From contig JAKIUC010000016.1 in assembly GCA_021647785.1 (NCBI GenBank), positions 10,915-74,914 on the forward strand: 64,000 nt of DNA, in the 5' to 3' direction. Shown piece by piece: positions 1-9,029 of the stretch. Source of the DNA: Melioribacteraceae bacterium. GTDB taxonomy: Bacteria; Bacteroidota; Ignavibacteria; Ignavibacteriales; Melioribacteraceae. Numbering within the stretch: the stretch's first letter is position 1; every line of letters starts with the position of its first letter. The translations under genes were made by a program, and so were the position numbers. The notes beneath the pieces are model-generated. The model had not been told where the DNA came from and ran no database searches. It worked only from the letters and a program-made list of their open reading frames with translations.

Positions 1-403
1 TCGCAGAAAGGCTTCCCAGTGTTCTGCCATGAAAACCACCATTTGCAGCAATAATAGTTTTTCTATCTTTACCCCATTTTCGTGCAAATTTTATTGCAGC
101 TTCATTTGCCTCTGTTCCAGAATTACAAAAGAATACTGAATTCAATCCAGTAGAAATTGTTAGTTTTGCTGCAAGTTCTTCTTGTGGAGTTGCAACAAAC
201 AGATTTGAAACATGCCATAATTTATTTAATTGAATATTTACAGCATCCGTAATCTCTTTATGCTGATGCCCAAACCCAGTAACAGCAATACCAGAAAGGA
301 AATCGAGATATTTCCTTCCACTCTTGTCGTAGAGCTTGCTTCCCTTTCCCTCAACAAACTCAACTGGATATCGCAAGTAATTTTGCAGCAAAGCACTTTT
401 CAT
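1..403 (-). CDS. argD: acetylornithine aminotransferase, N-terminal part (gene runs off the window start)
   Basis: Own reverse translation from ATG 403-401: MKSALLQNYLRYPVEFVEGKGSKLYDKSGRKYLDFLSGIAVTGFGHQHKEI...FFCNSGTEANEAAIKFARKW, typical class-III PLP aminotransferase. Start overlaps the argB stop (TAATG). Position after argC-J-B. Confidence 0.85.
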   Translation of the reverse strand, partial: MKSALLQNYLRYPVEFVEGKGSKLYDKSGRKYLDFLSGIAVTGFGHQHKEITDAVNIQLNKLWHVSNLFVATPQEELAAKLTISTGLNSVFFCNSGTEANEAAIKFARKWGKDRKTIIAANGGFHGRTLGSLSA

Positions 404-1194
404 TATACTGCCACTCTCTTCGATTCTACAATCCAAGTTCCACCCATATTATATAGTGGGTCAGTATTAAACTTCAGCTTGGTAGGATTATTTCCAATCC
501 AAACTTTTTTAATGTCTTTATTTAAAAGTTCAATGCTACTTTCCAATTTAGGAATCATCCCGTCAGTAATATGTCCGTTTGCAATTCCAAATTTCACTTC
601 ATATTCAGATATCTCTTGCATTTCTATTCCTTCAATTTTTACAGCCTCCACATCAGAAACAAAAAGAACCGTATCCACAGAGAGAGCAATTGCAAGCTCC
701 TTTGCAAATAGGTCTGCATTTACATTCATTAAATTTCCGTCAACATCTCTACACACGGATGAATAGACAGGAATAATACCACTTGCCATTAAATCTTTTA
801 ACCAAGTTGTATCTCCAGTAAGTCTCGGAACACCAACAAAGCCAAGTGATTCATCAAGATATTCAGCAACAAATAGATTTCTATCAATTCCATTTAAGCC
901 AGTTGATTCAAAACCTTTTACATGTAAAAAACTGGTGAGTGTGGAGTTTGTAAGCCCACCTTGAACAGCCGAGACGACTTTCATTATTTCTTTGGTTGTC
1001 TTCCGCTGTCCATTTACAAATGATGAGGCAAGGTTCATTGCTGATGACCATTCGCTTATCATTTTACCAGCACCATGAACAATAACAACTCCGTCATAGC
1101 ACTCTTTAAGTTCGTTCATCATTCTTATATAATGATGATCAGTCGTAAATTCATTTAATGCTTTTCCACTCAGTTTTAATAATACTATTTTCAT
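403..1194 (-). CDS. argB: acetylglutamate kinase
   Basis: ORF translation MKIVLLKLSGKAL...VIVHGAGKMISEW...NVNADLFA is amino-acid-kinase family. I prefer ATG at 1194 (MKIVLLK) over the ORF-track start 1236, which would overlap the argJ stop at 1217. Confidence 0.9.
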   Translation of the reverse strand: MKIVLLKLSGKALNEFTTDHHYIRMMNELKECYDGVVIVHGAGKMISEWSSAMNLASSFVNGQRKTTKEIMKVVSAVQGGLTNSTLTSFLHVKGFESTGLNGIDRNLFVAEYLDESLGFVGVPRLTGDTTWLKDLMASGIIPVYSSVCRDVDGNLMNVNADLFAKELAIALSVDTVLFVSDVEAVKIEGIEMQEISEYEVKFGIANGHITDGMIPKLESSIELLNKDIKKVWIGNNPTKLKFNTDPLYNMGGTWIVESKRVAV

Positions 1195-1216
1195 TTTAAA
1201 ATTCCGCTTTAAATAA

Positions 1217-2422
1217 TTATGTTCTGTACGTTGCATTTATTTCTATATATTTTTCTGTAAAATCGCATGTCCACCAAGTAGAGTTACCCTTGCCAGCATT
1301 GAGGTTTACCGATATTGTAATTTTATCCTTCGATAAAACAATGGTTGCTTCCTCTTCATCAAAATCATGTTTATAATCCTTTCCAAGAATTGACATATCG
1401 TCAAAATCTATTTCAACTTTTTCTGGCTCAAACTCAACGCCGCTTCTTCCCACTGCCGAAAGAATCCTTCCCCAATTGGCATCACTTCCATAAATTGCTG
1501 TTTTAACAAGTGGCGAATTTGAAATTGTTCTTGCAATTGTATTGGCATCCTCATCATTGTTACATCCAGTAATAGCAACGGTTATTAACTTTGAAGCACC
1601 TTCGCCATCAACAACTATCATTTTCGCCATTTCAATTGTTAGTGCTTGAAGTGCTTCGAAAAACAATTCTTCATCCTTGCTGTTCTCTTTAATTTCAATT
1701 CCCGACACTCCATTTGCCATCAGTACAACCATATCATTAGTGCTTGTATCTCCATCAACAGATATTTTATTAAAAGAGTTTTGCACACATTTCAACAATA
1801 ACTTTTTAAGCAAGGAGTTATCAATGTCGGCATCAGTGGCTATAAATGAGAGCATTGTAGCCATGTTTGGCATAATCATTCCGCTTCCTTTAGCAATACC
1901 GCCAATTGTAATTTCACCAGATGAAAGCTGCACTTTAACTGCAAAAGTTTTCTCAACTAAGTCTGTCGTCATAATTGCTTTTGCCGCTTTAATGCCTCCA
2001 TCATCCGATAGTTGGTTAACAATAGTATCTATTCCAGTTTTTAGAATGTGCATTGGCATATATTCACCAATTACACCAGTTGAACTTATAACTACTTCGT
2101 CTTGTCTTATGCCCAACTTCTTTGCACAATGCTTTTGTGATTTTAGTGCATCTGCATATCCTCTATCACCAGTGCAGGCGTTAGCATTTCCTGAATTAAT
2201 TAAAATAGCTTTTACCTTCCCACCTTTATTAATTAGTTCTTGCGAAACCAATAGTGGTGCTGCTTTTACTTTGTTTAGCGTAAATGTTCCTGCAACGTTA
2301 CAAGGCTCTTCCGAGAATATTAAAGCTAAATCTTTTCTTTTTCTCTTCAGACCAGAGTGAATACCAGCAGCTTTAATACCGCACACTGAAGTGATTGAAC
2401 CATTCTCTATAAATTTGAACAT
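1217..2422 (-). CDS. argJ: bifunctional ornithine acetyltransferase / N-acetylglutamate synthase
   Basis: 401 aa. Motifs KAAGIHSGLKRKRKDLALI, TTDLV, PNMATMLSFIATDA (autoprocessing ATML site), TCDFTEKYIEINATYRT C-terminus. Confidence 0.93.
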   Translation of the reverse strand: MFKFIENGSITSVCGIKAAGIHSGLKRKRKDLALIFSEEPCNVAGTFTLNKVKAAPLLVSQELINKGGKVKAILINSGNANACTGDRGYADALKSQKHCAKKLGIRQDEVVISSTGVIGEYMPMHILKTGIDTIVNQLSDDGGIKAAKAIMTTDLVEKTFAVKVQLSSGEITIGGIAKGSGMIMPNMATMLSFIATDADIDNSLLKKLLLKCVQNSFNKISVDGDTSTNDMVVLMANGVSGIEIKENSKDEELFFEALQALTIEMAKMIVVDGEGASKLITVAITGCNNDEDANTIARTISNSPLVKTAIYGSDANWGRILSAVGRSGVEFEPEKVEIDFDDMSILGKDYKHDFDEEEATIVLSKDKITISVNLNAGKGNSTWWTCDFTEKYIEINATYRT

Positions 2423-2434
2423 TTTAATTTTTCC

Positions 2435-3454
2435 TTAATTCTCAATTATTTTTTGAATTCCTAAAGAATCGTCCCATCCAAACATTCTGTTCATATTCTG
2501 AACTGCTTGCCCGGAAGCACCTTTAATTAGGTTATCTATTGTTGAAGTTATTACCACTGTTTTCTCTTTAACAGAAATATTAATATCGCAGAAGTTACTA
2601 TTTACAACCCACTTTAATTCTGGTGGAACTTTTCTCATTCGTACAAATATAGAATTCGCATATTCGTTTAAATACTTTTCAGTAATTTCAAATTCAGATA
2701 TTGCAGAATTTAAATGAATAGTTGATGTTGAGTAAATTCCTCGTGCAATTGGAAGTAGATGTGTTGTAAATGCGAACGGAAATTTCATCCCATATTTTGT
2801 TAACTCCTGTTCAATTTCTGGTTGATGTCTGTGCTTATTAATATTATATGCTTTTACATTTCCATCAAGCTCCGAAAGGAGTAGCTCTGTTTTTGCAGAT
2901 TTACCGGCACCACTTGACCCTGAATAAGATACGGAACTGATACTAATTATATTATCAGAATAATTGTTTATTAGCGGAATTAAAGCCAATAGAATTGATG
3001 TTGGATAACATCCAGGATTAGATATAAAGTTTGAACCACTTATTTTACTGCTGTTTAAATCAGCTAAGCCATACACCTTTTGAGAAAGTAAGTTTGCAGA
3101 AGTATGCTCAAACCCATACCACTCATCATATAATTTTTTGGTGTCTAATCTGTAATCACCACCAAGATCAATAACTTTTATTCCTTTCGCTAAAAGAGTT
3201 GGGATATATTTTAAGGACTCGCCATGTGGGAGAGAAACGAAATATAAATCATGAGCGTACGAAAGTTCTTTAACTGATTGAATTGTTTTGTTCTCAATCA
3301 CTCCAAGAAGCTCAGGAAAAATATCAAGCAATTTAGAGCCAGCACTACTATTTGCATAAATAGTATAGTCAGCAATATTTTTGTGTTGCTTAATAAACTC
3401 TAATAAATATTTTCCGGTATATCCAGTACCACCGATGATTCCTACAGAAATCAT
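2435..3454 (-). CDS. argC: N-acetyl-gamma-glutamyl-phosphate reductase
   Basis: 339 aa. N-terminal GIIGGTGYTG Rossmann motif, active-site region ISNPGCYPTS. First gene of the argCJBD string. Confidence 0.92.
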   Translation of the reverse strand: MISVGIIGGTGYTGKYLLEFIKQHKNIADYTIYANSSAGSKLLDIFPELLGVIENKTIQSVKELSYAHDLYFVSLPHGESLKYIPTLLAKGIKVIDLGGDYRLDTKKLYDEWYGFEHTSANLLSQKVYGLADLNSSKISGSNFISNPGCYPTSILLALIPLINNYSDNIISISSVSYSGSSGAGKSAKTELLLSELDGNVKAYNINKHRHQPEIEQELTKYGMKFPFAFTTHLLPIARGIYSTSTIHLNSAISEFEITEKYLNEYANSIFVRMRKVPPELKWVVNSNFCDINISVKEKTVVITSTIDNLIKGASGQAVQNMNRMFGWDDSLGIQKIIEN

Positions 3455-3580
3455 TTTAATCCTTTTTAATTGAAATTGTTTGCTTAGTATGTACTATTTA
3501 AAATAGATAAATAGATTATTATTACCCCAGACGGGGGCGACGATGTAACTCGTGCGAGCTAATTGAAATGATAATATGTA

Positions 3581-3597
3581 TATGATTTAAAATCATA
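3581..3597. promoter_or_regulatory. 17-nt palindrome TATGATTTAAAATCATA in the divergent arg/his intergenic region (candidate operator)
   Basis: 8-bp perfect arms around a central A, about 130 nt upstream of the argC start. Half-sites TGATT/AATCA loosely resemble ARG-box TGAAT/ATTCA. AT-rich context makes chance plausible. Confidence 0.2.
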
Positions 3598-3785
3598 GTG
3601 CTAAACGTAATTTGTTCTCAATAAACTGTCAACTATATGTTGTATATAATTACATAAATCACCCTTATTTTGCATACATATACGCTATACGCTAATATCT
3701 ATGGATATTTATGCGTTGATAAAAATGGACACTAAATAATATTTGGTTTCTATTCGAAATAATTTTATAATTGGACTTCAAAATT

Positions 3786-3860
3786 ATGAAAAATAAAAAG
3801 AACATATTAAATACTCACTCAATCCATCTTCATCATAGTGTGATAATGAATCGGGGTTAG
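3786..3860 (+). CDS. candidate his operon leader peptide (24 codons, MKNKKNILNTHSIHLHHSVIMNRG)
   Basis: ATG 3786, stop TAG 3858-3860. Four His codons (CAC 3816, CAT 3825, 3831, 3834) within 8 codons. The 3' end overlaps the antiterminator arm. Confidence 0.45.
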   Translation: MKNKKNILNTHSIHLHHSVIMNRG

Positions 3861-3918
3861 ATATGAGTAATTATATAAATAGATAAGTTTATGAACCCCG
3901 ATATTTTCGGGGTTTTTT
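3850..3918 (+). promoter_or_regulatory. candidate transcription attenuator (antiterminator 3850-3858:3894-3902; terminator 3894-3901:3907-3914 + T6)
   Basis: ATCGGGGTT (3850-3858) is the exact reverse complement of AACCCCGAT (3894-3902). AACCCCGA also pairs with TCGGGGTT (3907-3914), which runs into TTTTTT (3913-3918). The two helices share one arm, so they exclude each other. Confidence 0.5.
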
Positions 3919-3935
3919 ATTTTAAAGGAGAAAAA

Positions 3936-4799
3936 ATGGAATCAAATATTTTAAGATTGGCAATACAAAAAAAAGGAAGACTTGCTGATAAATCGCTTGA
4001 GTTGTTAAATGCTGCTGGAATAAGAATTGATAACTACTCTCAACAATTATTAATTAAGGCACAGAATTTTGATCTGGAGCTTTTATTTATTCGTGATGAT
4101 GACATTCCGGAGTATGTTCAGGATGGTGTTGCAGATATTGGCATTGTTGGGGAGAATGTAATTTACGAATCTGGGAAGAAACTTGATATTGTAGAAAAAT
4201 TAGGATTTGGAAAGTGCAGAATGTCACTTGCAATTCCAAAATTTAGTACATTCAATTCGGTAAAGGATTTGGATGGAAAAAATATAGCAACAACTTATCC
4301 CAAAATTCTAAAAAAATATTTACTCGAAAAAAGTGTAAATGCCAATGTTCACTATATTAGCGGGTCTGTTGAGATTACACCAAATATAAATTTGGCTGAT
4401 GCTATTTTTGATATTGTAAGCACAGGAAGTACACTAAAGAGTAATGGATTAAAAGAAGTTGAAACCGTTTTAGAATCTGAAGCTGTTCTTGTGGCAAACA
4501 AAAATCTTTCTGATGAGAAAAAAGAATTATTAGAACAAATACTGTTTAGAACTCGTGCAGTTAACAAAGCAAAGAATAATAAATATATTCTCTTGAATGC
4601 TCCAAATGAAGCACTCCCAAAGATTACTGATTTATTGCCTGGTGTTAAAAGCCCAACAGTAATGCCCCTTGCAATGGATGGATGGAGTTCAGTTCACACT
4701 GTAATTGGTGAAGATGATTTTTGGAATAAAATAGAAACCCTGAAAAATGCTGGTGCAGAAGGAATTCTTGTACTGCCAATAGAAAAAATTATAGCTTAG
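3936..4799 (+). CDS. hisG: ATP phosphoribosyltransferase (long form)
   Basis: MESNILRLAIQKKGRLADKS... typical HisG. AAAGGAG SD at 3924-3930, five nt before ATG 3936. The ORF-track start 3891 would translate through the terminator hairpin. Confidence 0.9.
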   Translation: MESNILRLAIQKKGRLADKSLELLNAAGIRIDNYSQQLLIKAQNFDLELLFIRDDDIPEYVQDGVADIGIVGENVIYESGKKLDIVEKLGFGKCRMSLAIPKFSTFNSVKDLDGKNIATTYPKILKKYLLEKSVNANVHYISGSVEITPNINLADAIFDIVSTGSTLKSNGLKEVETVLESEAVLVANKNLSDEKKELLEQILFRTRAVNKAKNNKYILLNAPNEALPKITDLLPGVKSPTVMPLAMDGWSSVHTVIGEDDFWNKIETLKNAGAEGILVLPIEKIIA

Positions 4800-4808
4800 G
4801 AGAGTACA

Positions 4809-6095
4809 ATGGAACTAATTAAATACTCTACTACCGAAGAGACAATGAAACTGTTAAACCGACCGGTAATAGAGAGCAGAATAATTCAAGAAAAAGTATT
4901 TTCTATTATTAAGGCTGTTAAAACCAATGGTGACAAAGCTCTGAAGGAGTTCTCGGAAAAATTTGATGGAGTTAGTTTAACTCAACTTTCAGTTGTTACT
5001 GCTGAGTTTGATGGAGTTGAAAATAGAATTAATGAAAAACTAAAATTGGCGATTGAGATTGCTCGGAAAAACATATTCAAATTCCATAAGGCACAACATG
5101 TCGAGTATCCTAAAATTGAGATTGATGATGGAATTAAGTGCTGGAGAAAAAGTGTTCCGATTGAGACGGTTGGGCTTTACATCCCAGGTGGAACTTCACC
5201 ATTGTTTTCAACATTGTTGATGCTCGGTATTCCGGCAAACATTGCTGGTTGTAAAGAGATTGTAATCTGCACACCACCTCAAAAGGATGGAGGTGTTTCA
5301 GATTCCATTTTGTACGTAGCCAAAGAACTTGGAATAAGAAGTGTATTTAAAGTTGGTGGTGCACAAGCAATTGCAGCAATGGCATTGGGGACGAAAACAA
5401 TTCCTAAGGTTGATAAAATATTTGGACCTGGAAACCAATGGGTAACTGCGGCAAAACAAATTGCACATTCTTATGGCGTTGCAATTGATATGCCCGCTGG
5501 ACCTTCGGAACTACTTGTTATTGCTGATGATTCTGCAAACCCGAAGTTTGTTGCAACTGATTTGCTTTCCCAAGCGGAGCATGGACCTGATAGTCAAGTT
5601 GTTCTTATTTCAACAAGTGAACAATTAATTAATTCTGTTATATTGGAAATTAATAATTTCAAAAAGGAACTGCCGCGAAGAGAGATAATTGAAAAAGCAT
5701 TGCTGCATAGTGTGTTTATTTTAGTTGACGATTTTGATAAAGCATTTGCTGTATCAAACCAATATGCTCCGGAACACTTAATCTTATCAACAAAAAATGC
5801 AGAAGTATTATCAGAGAATATTCTAAATGCTGGCTCTGTTTTTCTTGGAAATTATTCCCCAGAATCTGCTGGCGATTATGCCTCTGGTACAAACCATACA
5901 TTACCAACAAATGGATTTGCCTCTGCATACAGTGGTGTTTCGTTGGATAGTTTTATGAAGAAGATTACTTTTCAAAAATTAACAAAATCTGGATTATCCA
6001 AAATAGCATCTGCAATTGGAACAATGGCAGATGCAGAAGGATTAGATGCACACAAGTTAGCAGTTACAGTTAGAAGTGAGAGAAGTGATGATTAA
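4809..6095 (+). CDS. hisD: histidinol dehydrogenase
   Basis: 428 aa. GGAQAIAAMALGT, SQAEHGPDSQ, APEHL and GDYASGTNHTLPT motifs. Confidence 0.93.
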   Translation: MELIKYSTTEETMKLLNRPVIESRIIQEKVFSIIKAVKTNGDKALKEFSEKFDGVSLTQLSVVTAEFDGVENRINEKLKLAIEIARKNIFKFHKAQHVEYPKIEIDDGIKCWRKSVPIETVGLYIPGGTSPLFSTLLMLGIPANIAGCKEIVICTPPQKDGGVSDSILYVAKELGIRSVFKVGGAQAIAAMALGTKTIPKVDKIFGPGNQWVTAAKQIAHSYGVAIDMPAGPSELLVIADDSANPKFVATDLLSQAEHGPDSQVVLISTSEQLINSVILEINNFKKELPRREIIEKALLHSVFILVDDFDKAFAVSNQYAPEHLILSTKNAEVLSENILNAGSVFLGNYSPESAGDYASGTNHTLPTNGFASAYSGVSLDSFMKKITFQKLTKSGLSKIASAIGTMADAEGLDAHKLAVTVRSERSDD

Positions 6096-7161
6096 CATTG
6101 AAAGTTTACTTCGTGAAAATATTAAAACCTTAAAGCCCTATTCATCGGCTCGTGATGAATATACTGGCTCCATTGGAATATTTTTAGATGCAAACGAAAA
6201 TTCATTTGGCTCAATACCAGAGGGAGATTTAAATCGTTACCCAGACCCGCACCATAGTAGGATAAAAAAGAAACTGTCGATAATTAAAAAGACAGTTCCC
6301 AATAGTATATTTATTGGGAACGGTAGTGATGAAGCTATCGATCTTTTATTGCGTACATTCTGTGAACCAGGAAAAGATTCTGTTCTCATAATGCCTCCAA
6401 CTTATGGAATGTATAAAGTTGCTGCAGATATAAATGATGTGAATGTAATTGAAATCCCTTTGACACGTGAGTTTCAAATTGCAGCGGATGAAGTAATAAA
6501 TAATATTACTACAAATACCAAGCTGATATTTATCTGTTCCCCCAATAATCCAAGTGGAAATTTACTTAGCAGAGATTCGATTAGGAGAATCATAAAAAGC
6601 TTTAGTGGAATTGTAGTTATTGATGAAGCATATATTGATTTTGCAGATGAGGAGAGTTGGATTAGTGAACTTGGGAGTTTTAACAATCTTGTTGTCTTAC
6701 AAACATTTTCTAAAGCATGGGGCTTGGCAAATATCCGAGTAGGAATGGCTTACGCAAGTGAAGTAATTATTTCAGTTTTAAATAAAATTAAATACCCATA
6801 TAATGTTAATGGAGTAAGCCAACAAATCATAATTGATACTCTTGATAATGAATCGAAGAAAAATGAAGTTGTTGCAAAAATAGTGTTTGAAAGAAACAAA
6901 CTTGCAAAAGCCTTGTCAGGACTGGATGATATTGAATATCTCTTTCCTTCAGATTCTAACTTTATATTAGCTAAAGTTCGCGATGCAAATAATATTTATA
7001 ACTATCTGCTTGAAAATAAAATCATTGTGCGGAATCGGTCAAGTATGATTAACTGTGAGGAGTGTTTAAGGTTTACAGTAGGAACAGAATTGGAAAATGA
7101 TAAGCTAATAGAGATGCTTCAAAAGTATGGAGGTAAGAATGAAAAAGGTTTTATTTATTGA
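6088..7161 (+). CDS. hisC: histidinol-phosphate aminotransferase
   Basis: [38 protein letters not shown] (PLP lysine). ATG 6088 overlaps the hisD stop by 8 nt (GTG 6076 is the ORF-track alternative). Confidence 0.9.
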   Translation: MINIESLLRENIKTLKPYSSARDEYTGSIGIFLDANENSFGSIPEGDLNRYPDPHHSRIKKKLSIIKKTVPNSIFIGNGSDEAIDLLLRTFCEPGKDSVLIMPPTYGMYKVAADINDVNVIEIPLTREFQIAADEVINNITTNTKLIFICSPNNPSGNLLSRDSIRRIIKSFSGIVVIDEAYIDFADEESWISELGSFNNLVVLQTFSKAWGLANIRVGMAYASEVIISVLNKIKYPYNVNGVSQQIIIDTLDNESKKNEVVAKIVFERNKLAKALSGLDDIEYLFPSDSNFILAKVRDANNIYNYLLENKIIVRNRSSMINCEECLRFTVGTELENDKLIEMLQKYGGKNEKGFIY

Positions 7162-8227
7162 TAGAGATGGTACAATAATTATTGAGCCAGAAGATGAGCA
7201 GATCGATTCACTTGAAAAGCTGGAGTTCTATCCAAAAGTAATTTCAGTTCTCAGCAAAATATCATCAGAACTTGATTACGAACTTGTTATGGTTACTAAC
7301 CAGGATGGACTCGGAACTGAATCATTTCCTGAAGAGACATTTTTGTCTGCTCATAATAAAATGTTAACAACATTAAAAAATGAAGGTGTAGAGTTCTCTG
7401 AAATAGTAATTGACAAATCGTTCCCAGAAGATAACCTTCTAACACGCAAGCCTGGTATAGCGTTACTCCAAAAATATATTGATGGTGATTACGATTTAGC
7501 CAACAGCTATGTTATTGGGGATAGAGAAACGGATATTCAACTTGCCAAGAATTTGGGAGCGAAATCAATACTCATAAGTAATGATAGTAGTGAAGCAACA
7601 ATCACCACTCTTGATTGGGATAAAATATTTGATGCGTTGAAGAAAGAAAATCGTTCAGCAATTATTGAACGGAAAACAAAAGAGACCGAGATTAAAATTG
7701 AATTAAACCTTGATGGTAAAGGAGAACATTCAATAACTACCGGATTAAACTTCTTTGACCACATGCTTGCACAGCTTGCACAACATTCACTTTGCGATTT
7801 AGATATTAATGTAAAAGGAGATTTGGATGTTGACGAGCACCACACAATTGAAGATACAGCAATTGCACTTGGCGAAGCATTTTTAAAAGCACTTGGCAAT
7901 AAAAAACAAATTGAGCGGTATGGATTTATGCTCCCAATGGATGATGTGATTGCAAAGGTTGCTATTGACTTCTCCGGACGAAGTTGGATTAAGTGGAAAA
8001 CAAAATTTAAAAGAGAATATGTTGGTGATATGCCAACAGAGATGTTTTATCATTTCTTCAAATCTTTTTCTGATGCAGCAAAATGTAATCTCTACATTAA
8101 AGCTAAGGGAGATAACGAACATCACAAAATTGAAGCAATCTTTAAAGCTCTTGGTCGCTCAATAAAACAAGCGGTTAGTAAAAGTTCATTAAACCCTGAT
8201 GTGCCAAGTACAAAAGGAATAATTTAA
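7139..8227 (+). CDS. hisB: bifunctional histidinol-phosphatase / imidazoleglycerol-phosphate dehydratase
   Basis: [14 protein letters not shown] (HAD DxDGT) N-domain plus IGPD C-domain ([25 protein letters not shown]). GGAGG SD before ATG 7139. Confidence 0.92.
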   Translation: MKKVLFIDRDGTIIIEPEDEQIDSLEKLEFYPKVISVLSKISSELDYELVMVTNQDGLGTESFPEETFLSAHNKMLTTLKNEGVEFSEIVIDKSFPEDNLLTRKPGIALLQKYIDGDYDLANSYVIGDRETDIQLAKNLGAKSILISNDSSEATITTLDWDKIFDALKKENRSAIIERKTKETEIKIELNLDGKGEHSITTGLNFFDHMLAQLAQHSLCDLDINVKGDLDVDEHHTIEDTAIALGEAFLKALGNKKQIERYGFMLPMDDVIAKVAIDFSGRSWIKWKTKFKREYVGDMPTEMFYHFFKSFSDAAKCNLYIKAKGDNEHHKIEAIFKALGRSIKQAVSKSSLNPDVPSTKGII

Positions 8228-8240
8228 AATATATTGTTCT

Positions 8241-8315
8241 ATTGCTAAATTGTTGAAAGAGAGTTTTCTATAGCTCAGATATTCTGCAAAATCAGCAATG
8301 TAACAATTTAACAAT
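8241..8315. repeat. REP-like hairpin ATTGCTAAATTGTT...AACAATTTAACAAT between hisB and hisH
   Basis: Arms 8241-8254 and 8302-8315 are complementary at 13/14 positions. Same arm sequence family as the hairpin at 26931-26974 (ATTGCTGAATTGTT / AACAATTCAGCAAT). Confidence 0.55.
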
Positions 8316-8342
8316 GTAGTTAAAGTAAGAAGTAATATTAAA

Positions 8343-8996
8343 ATGAAAAATATTAAGAATTCACAACCCGAATACCCGCAACCCGCAACCCGTAACCCAA
8401 ATACTCGAAACTCGAAGATTGTAATCATAAAATATAATGCTGGTAATGTTTACTCCGTTTCCTCTGCACTTAAGCGATTAGGATACGATGCAGTAATAAC
8501 AAGTGATTTGAAAGAAATTAAATCCGCTGATAAAGTAATATTCCCAGGTGTTGGTGAAGCAAGTAGTGCAATGGAATATTTAAAACAAACAAAGTTGGAT
8601 AAAGTAATTCCACAATTAAAACAACCATTCCTCGGTGTTTGCTTGGGTTTGCAGTTGTTGTGCAATTACTCAGAAGAAAGGGAGACGAAATGCTTGTCTA
8701 TTTTTGATGAGGATGTAAAACGCTTTCCACCTAAGGAGAAAGTCCCGCACATGGGATGGAACTCTATTAAGTTCAGTGATAGCAAGCTATTTATAAATGT
8801 TCCTAATGAATCATTTGTTTATTTTGTTCATAGTTACTTTGCAGGCTTAAGTGATAATACTATTGCAGAGACTAATTATATACTACCATTTAGTTCTGCA
8901 CTGCAAAAAGATAATTTTTACGCACTCCAATTTCACCCGGAGAAAAGTGGAAAAGTTGGAGAACAAATTCTTAAAAACTTTATTGAGTTATGTTAA
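8343..8996 (+). CDS. hisH: imidazole glycerol phosphate synthase, glutamine amidotransferase subunit
   Basis: KIVIIKYNAGNVYSV...FPGVGE...GVCLGLQLL...FVHSY...QFHPEKSG. The only in-frame ATG is 8343, which adds about 25 repeat-encoded residues (NSQPEYPQPATRNPNTRNS) ahead of the conserved start. The true start is uncertain. Confidence 0.85.
   Translation: MKNIKNSQPEYPQPATRNPNTRNSKIVIIKYNAGNVYSVSSALKRLGYDAVITSDLKEIKSADKVIFPGVGEASSAMEYLKQTKLDKVIPQLKQPFLGVCLGLQLLCNYSEERETKCLSIFDEDVKRFPPKEKVPHMGWNSIKFSDSKLFINVPNESFVYFVHSYFAGLSDNTIAETNYILPFSSALQKDNFYALQFHPEKSGKVGEQILKNFIELC
8362..8416. repeat. heptanucleotide-periodic C-rich tract (CAACCCG-like x5, then AACTCG x2)
   Basis: CACAACCCGAATACCCGCAACCCGCAACCCGTAACCCAAATACTCGAAACTCGAAG. 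Five CCC runs at 8367, 8375, 8382, 8389, 8396 give a G3N4-5 G-quadruplex motif on the minus strand. Lies in the first 25 codons of the annotated hisH ORF. Confidence 0.7.
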
Positions 8997-9029
8997 AAAA
9001 ATGCCACGAATTCACGAATGGAGAAATAA

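Noticed and set aside
230-2360. Antisense or alternate-frame ORFs inside argD/argB/argJ. The same kind of ORF occurs throughout the track, for example 4352-4567, 7537-8165, 9113-10068, 16004-16705, 19291-20536, 27323-28630, 29035-30270, 52230-53270, 55831-56105.
   Set aside because: Each lies wholly within a longer ORF that has clear family motifs on the other strand or frame. Their translations are low complexity and have no independent start signals.
3891-3935. ORF-track N-terminal extension of hisG (MNPDIFGVFYFKGEK)
   Set aside because: It would be translated from the terminator hairpin and T-run. A proper AAAGGAG SD precedes the ATG at 3936, and the conserved HisG sequence begins there.
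8265-8285. TATAGCTCAGAT resembling a tRNA D-arm
   Set aside because: No acceptor stem, anticodon arm or T-loop (GTTCGAATC-like) could be built around it. I found no tRNA, rRNA, tmRNA or RNase P signature anywhere in the window.
8189-8428. Minus-strand 79-aa ORF across the hisB-hisH junction
   Set aside because: It is made of the REP hairpin and the G-rich heptad repeat (FGLRVAGCGYSGCEF) and is antisense to the hisH start. It is a repeat-derived artefact.
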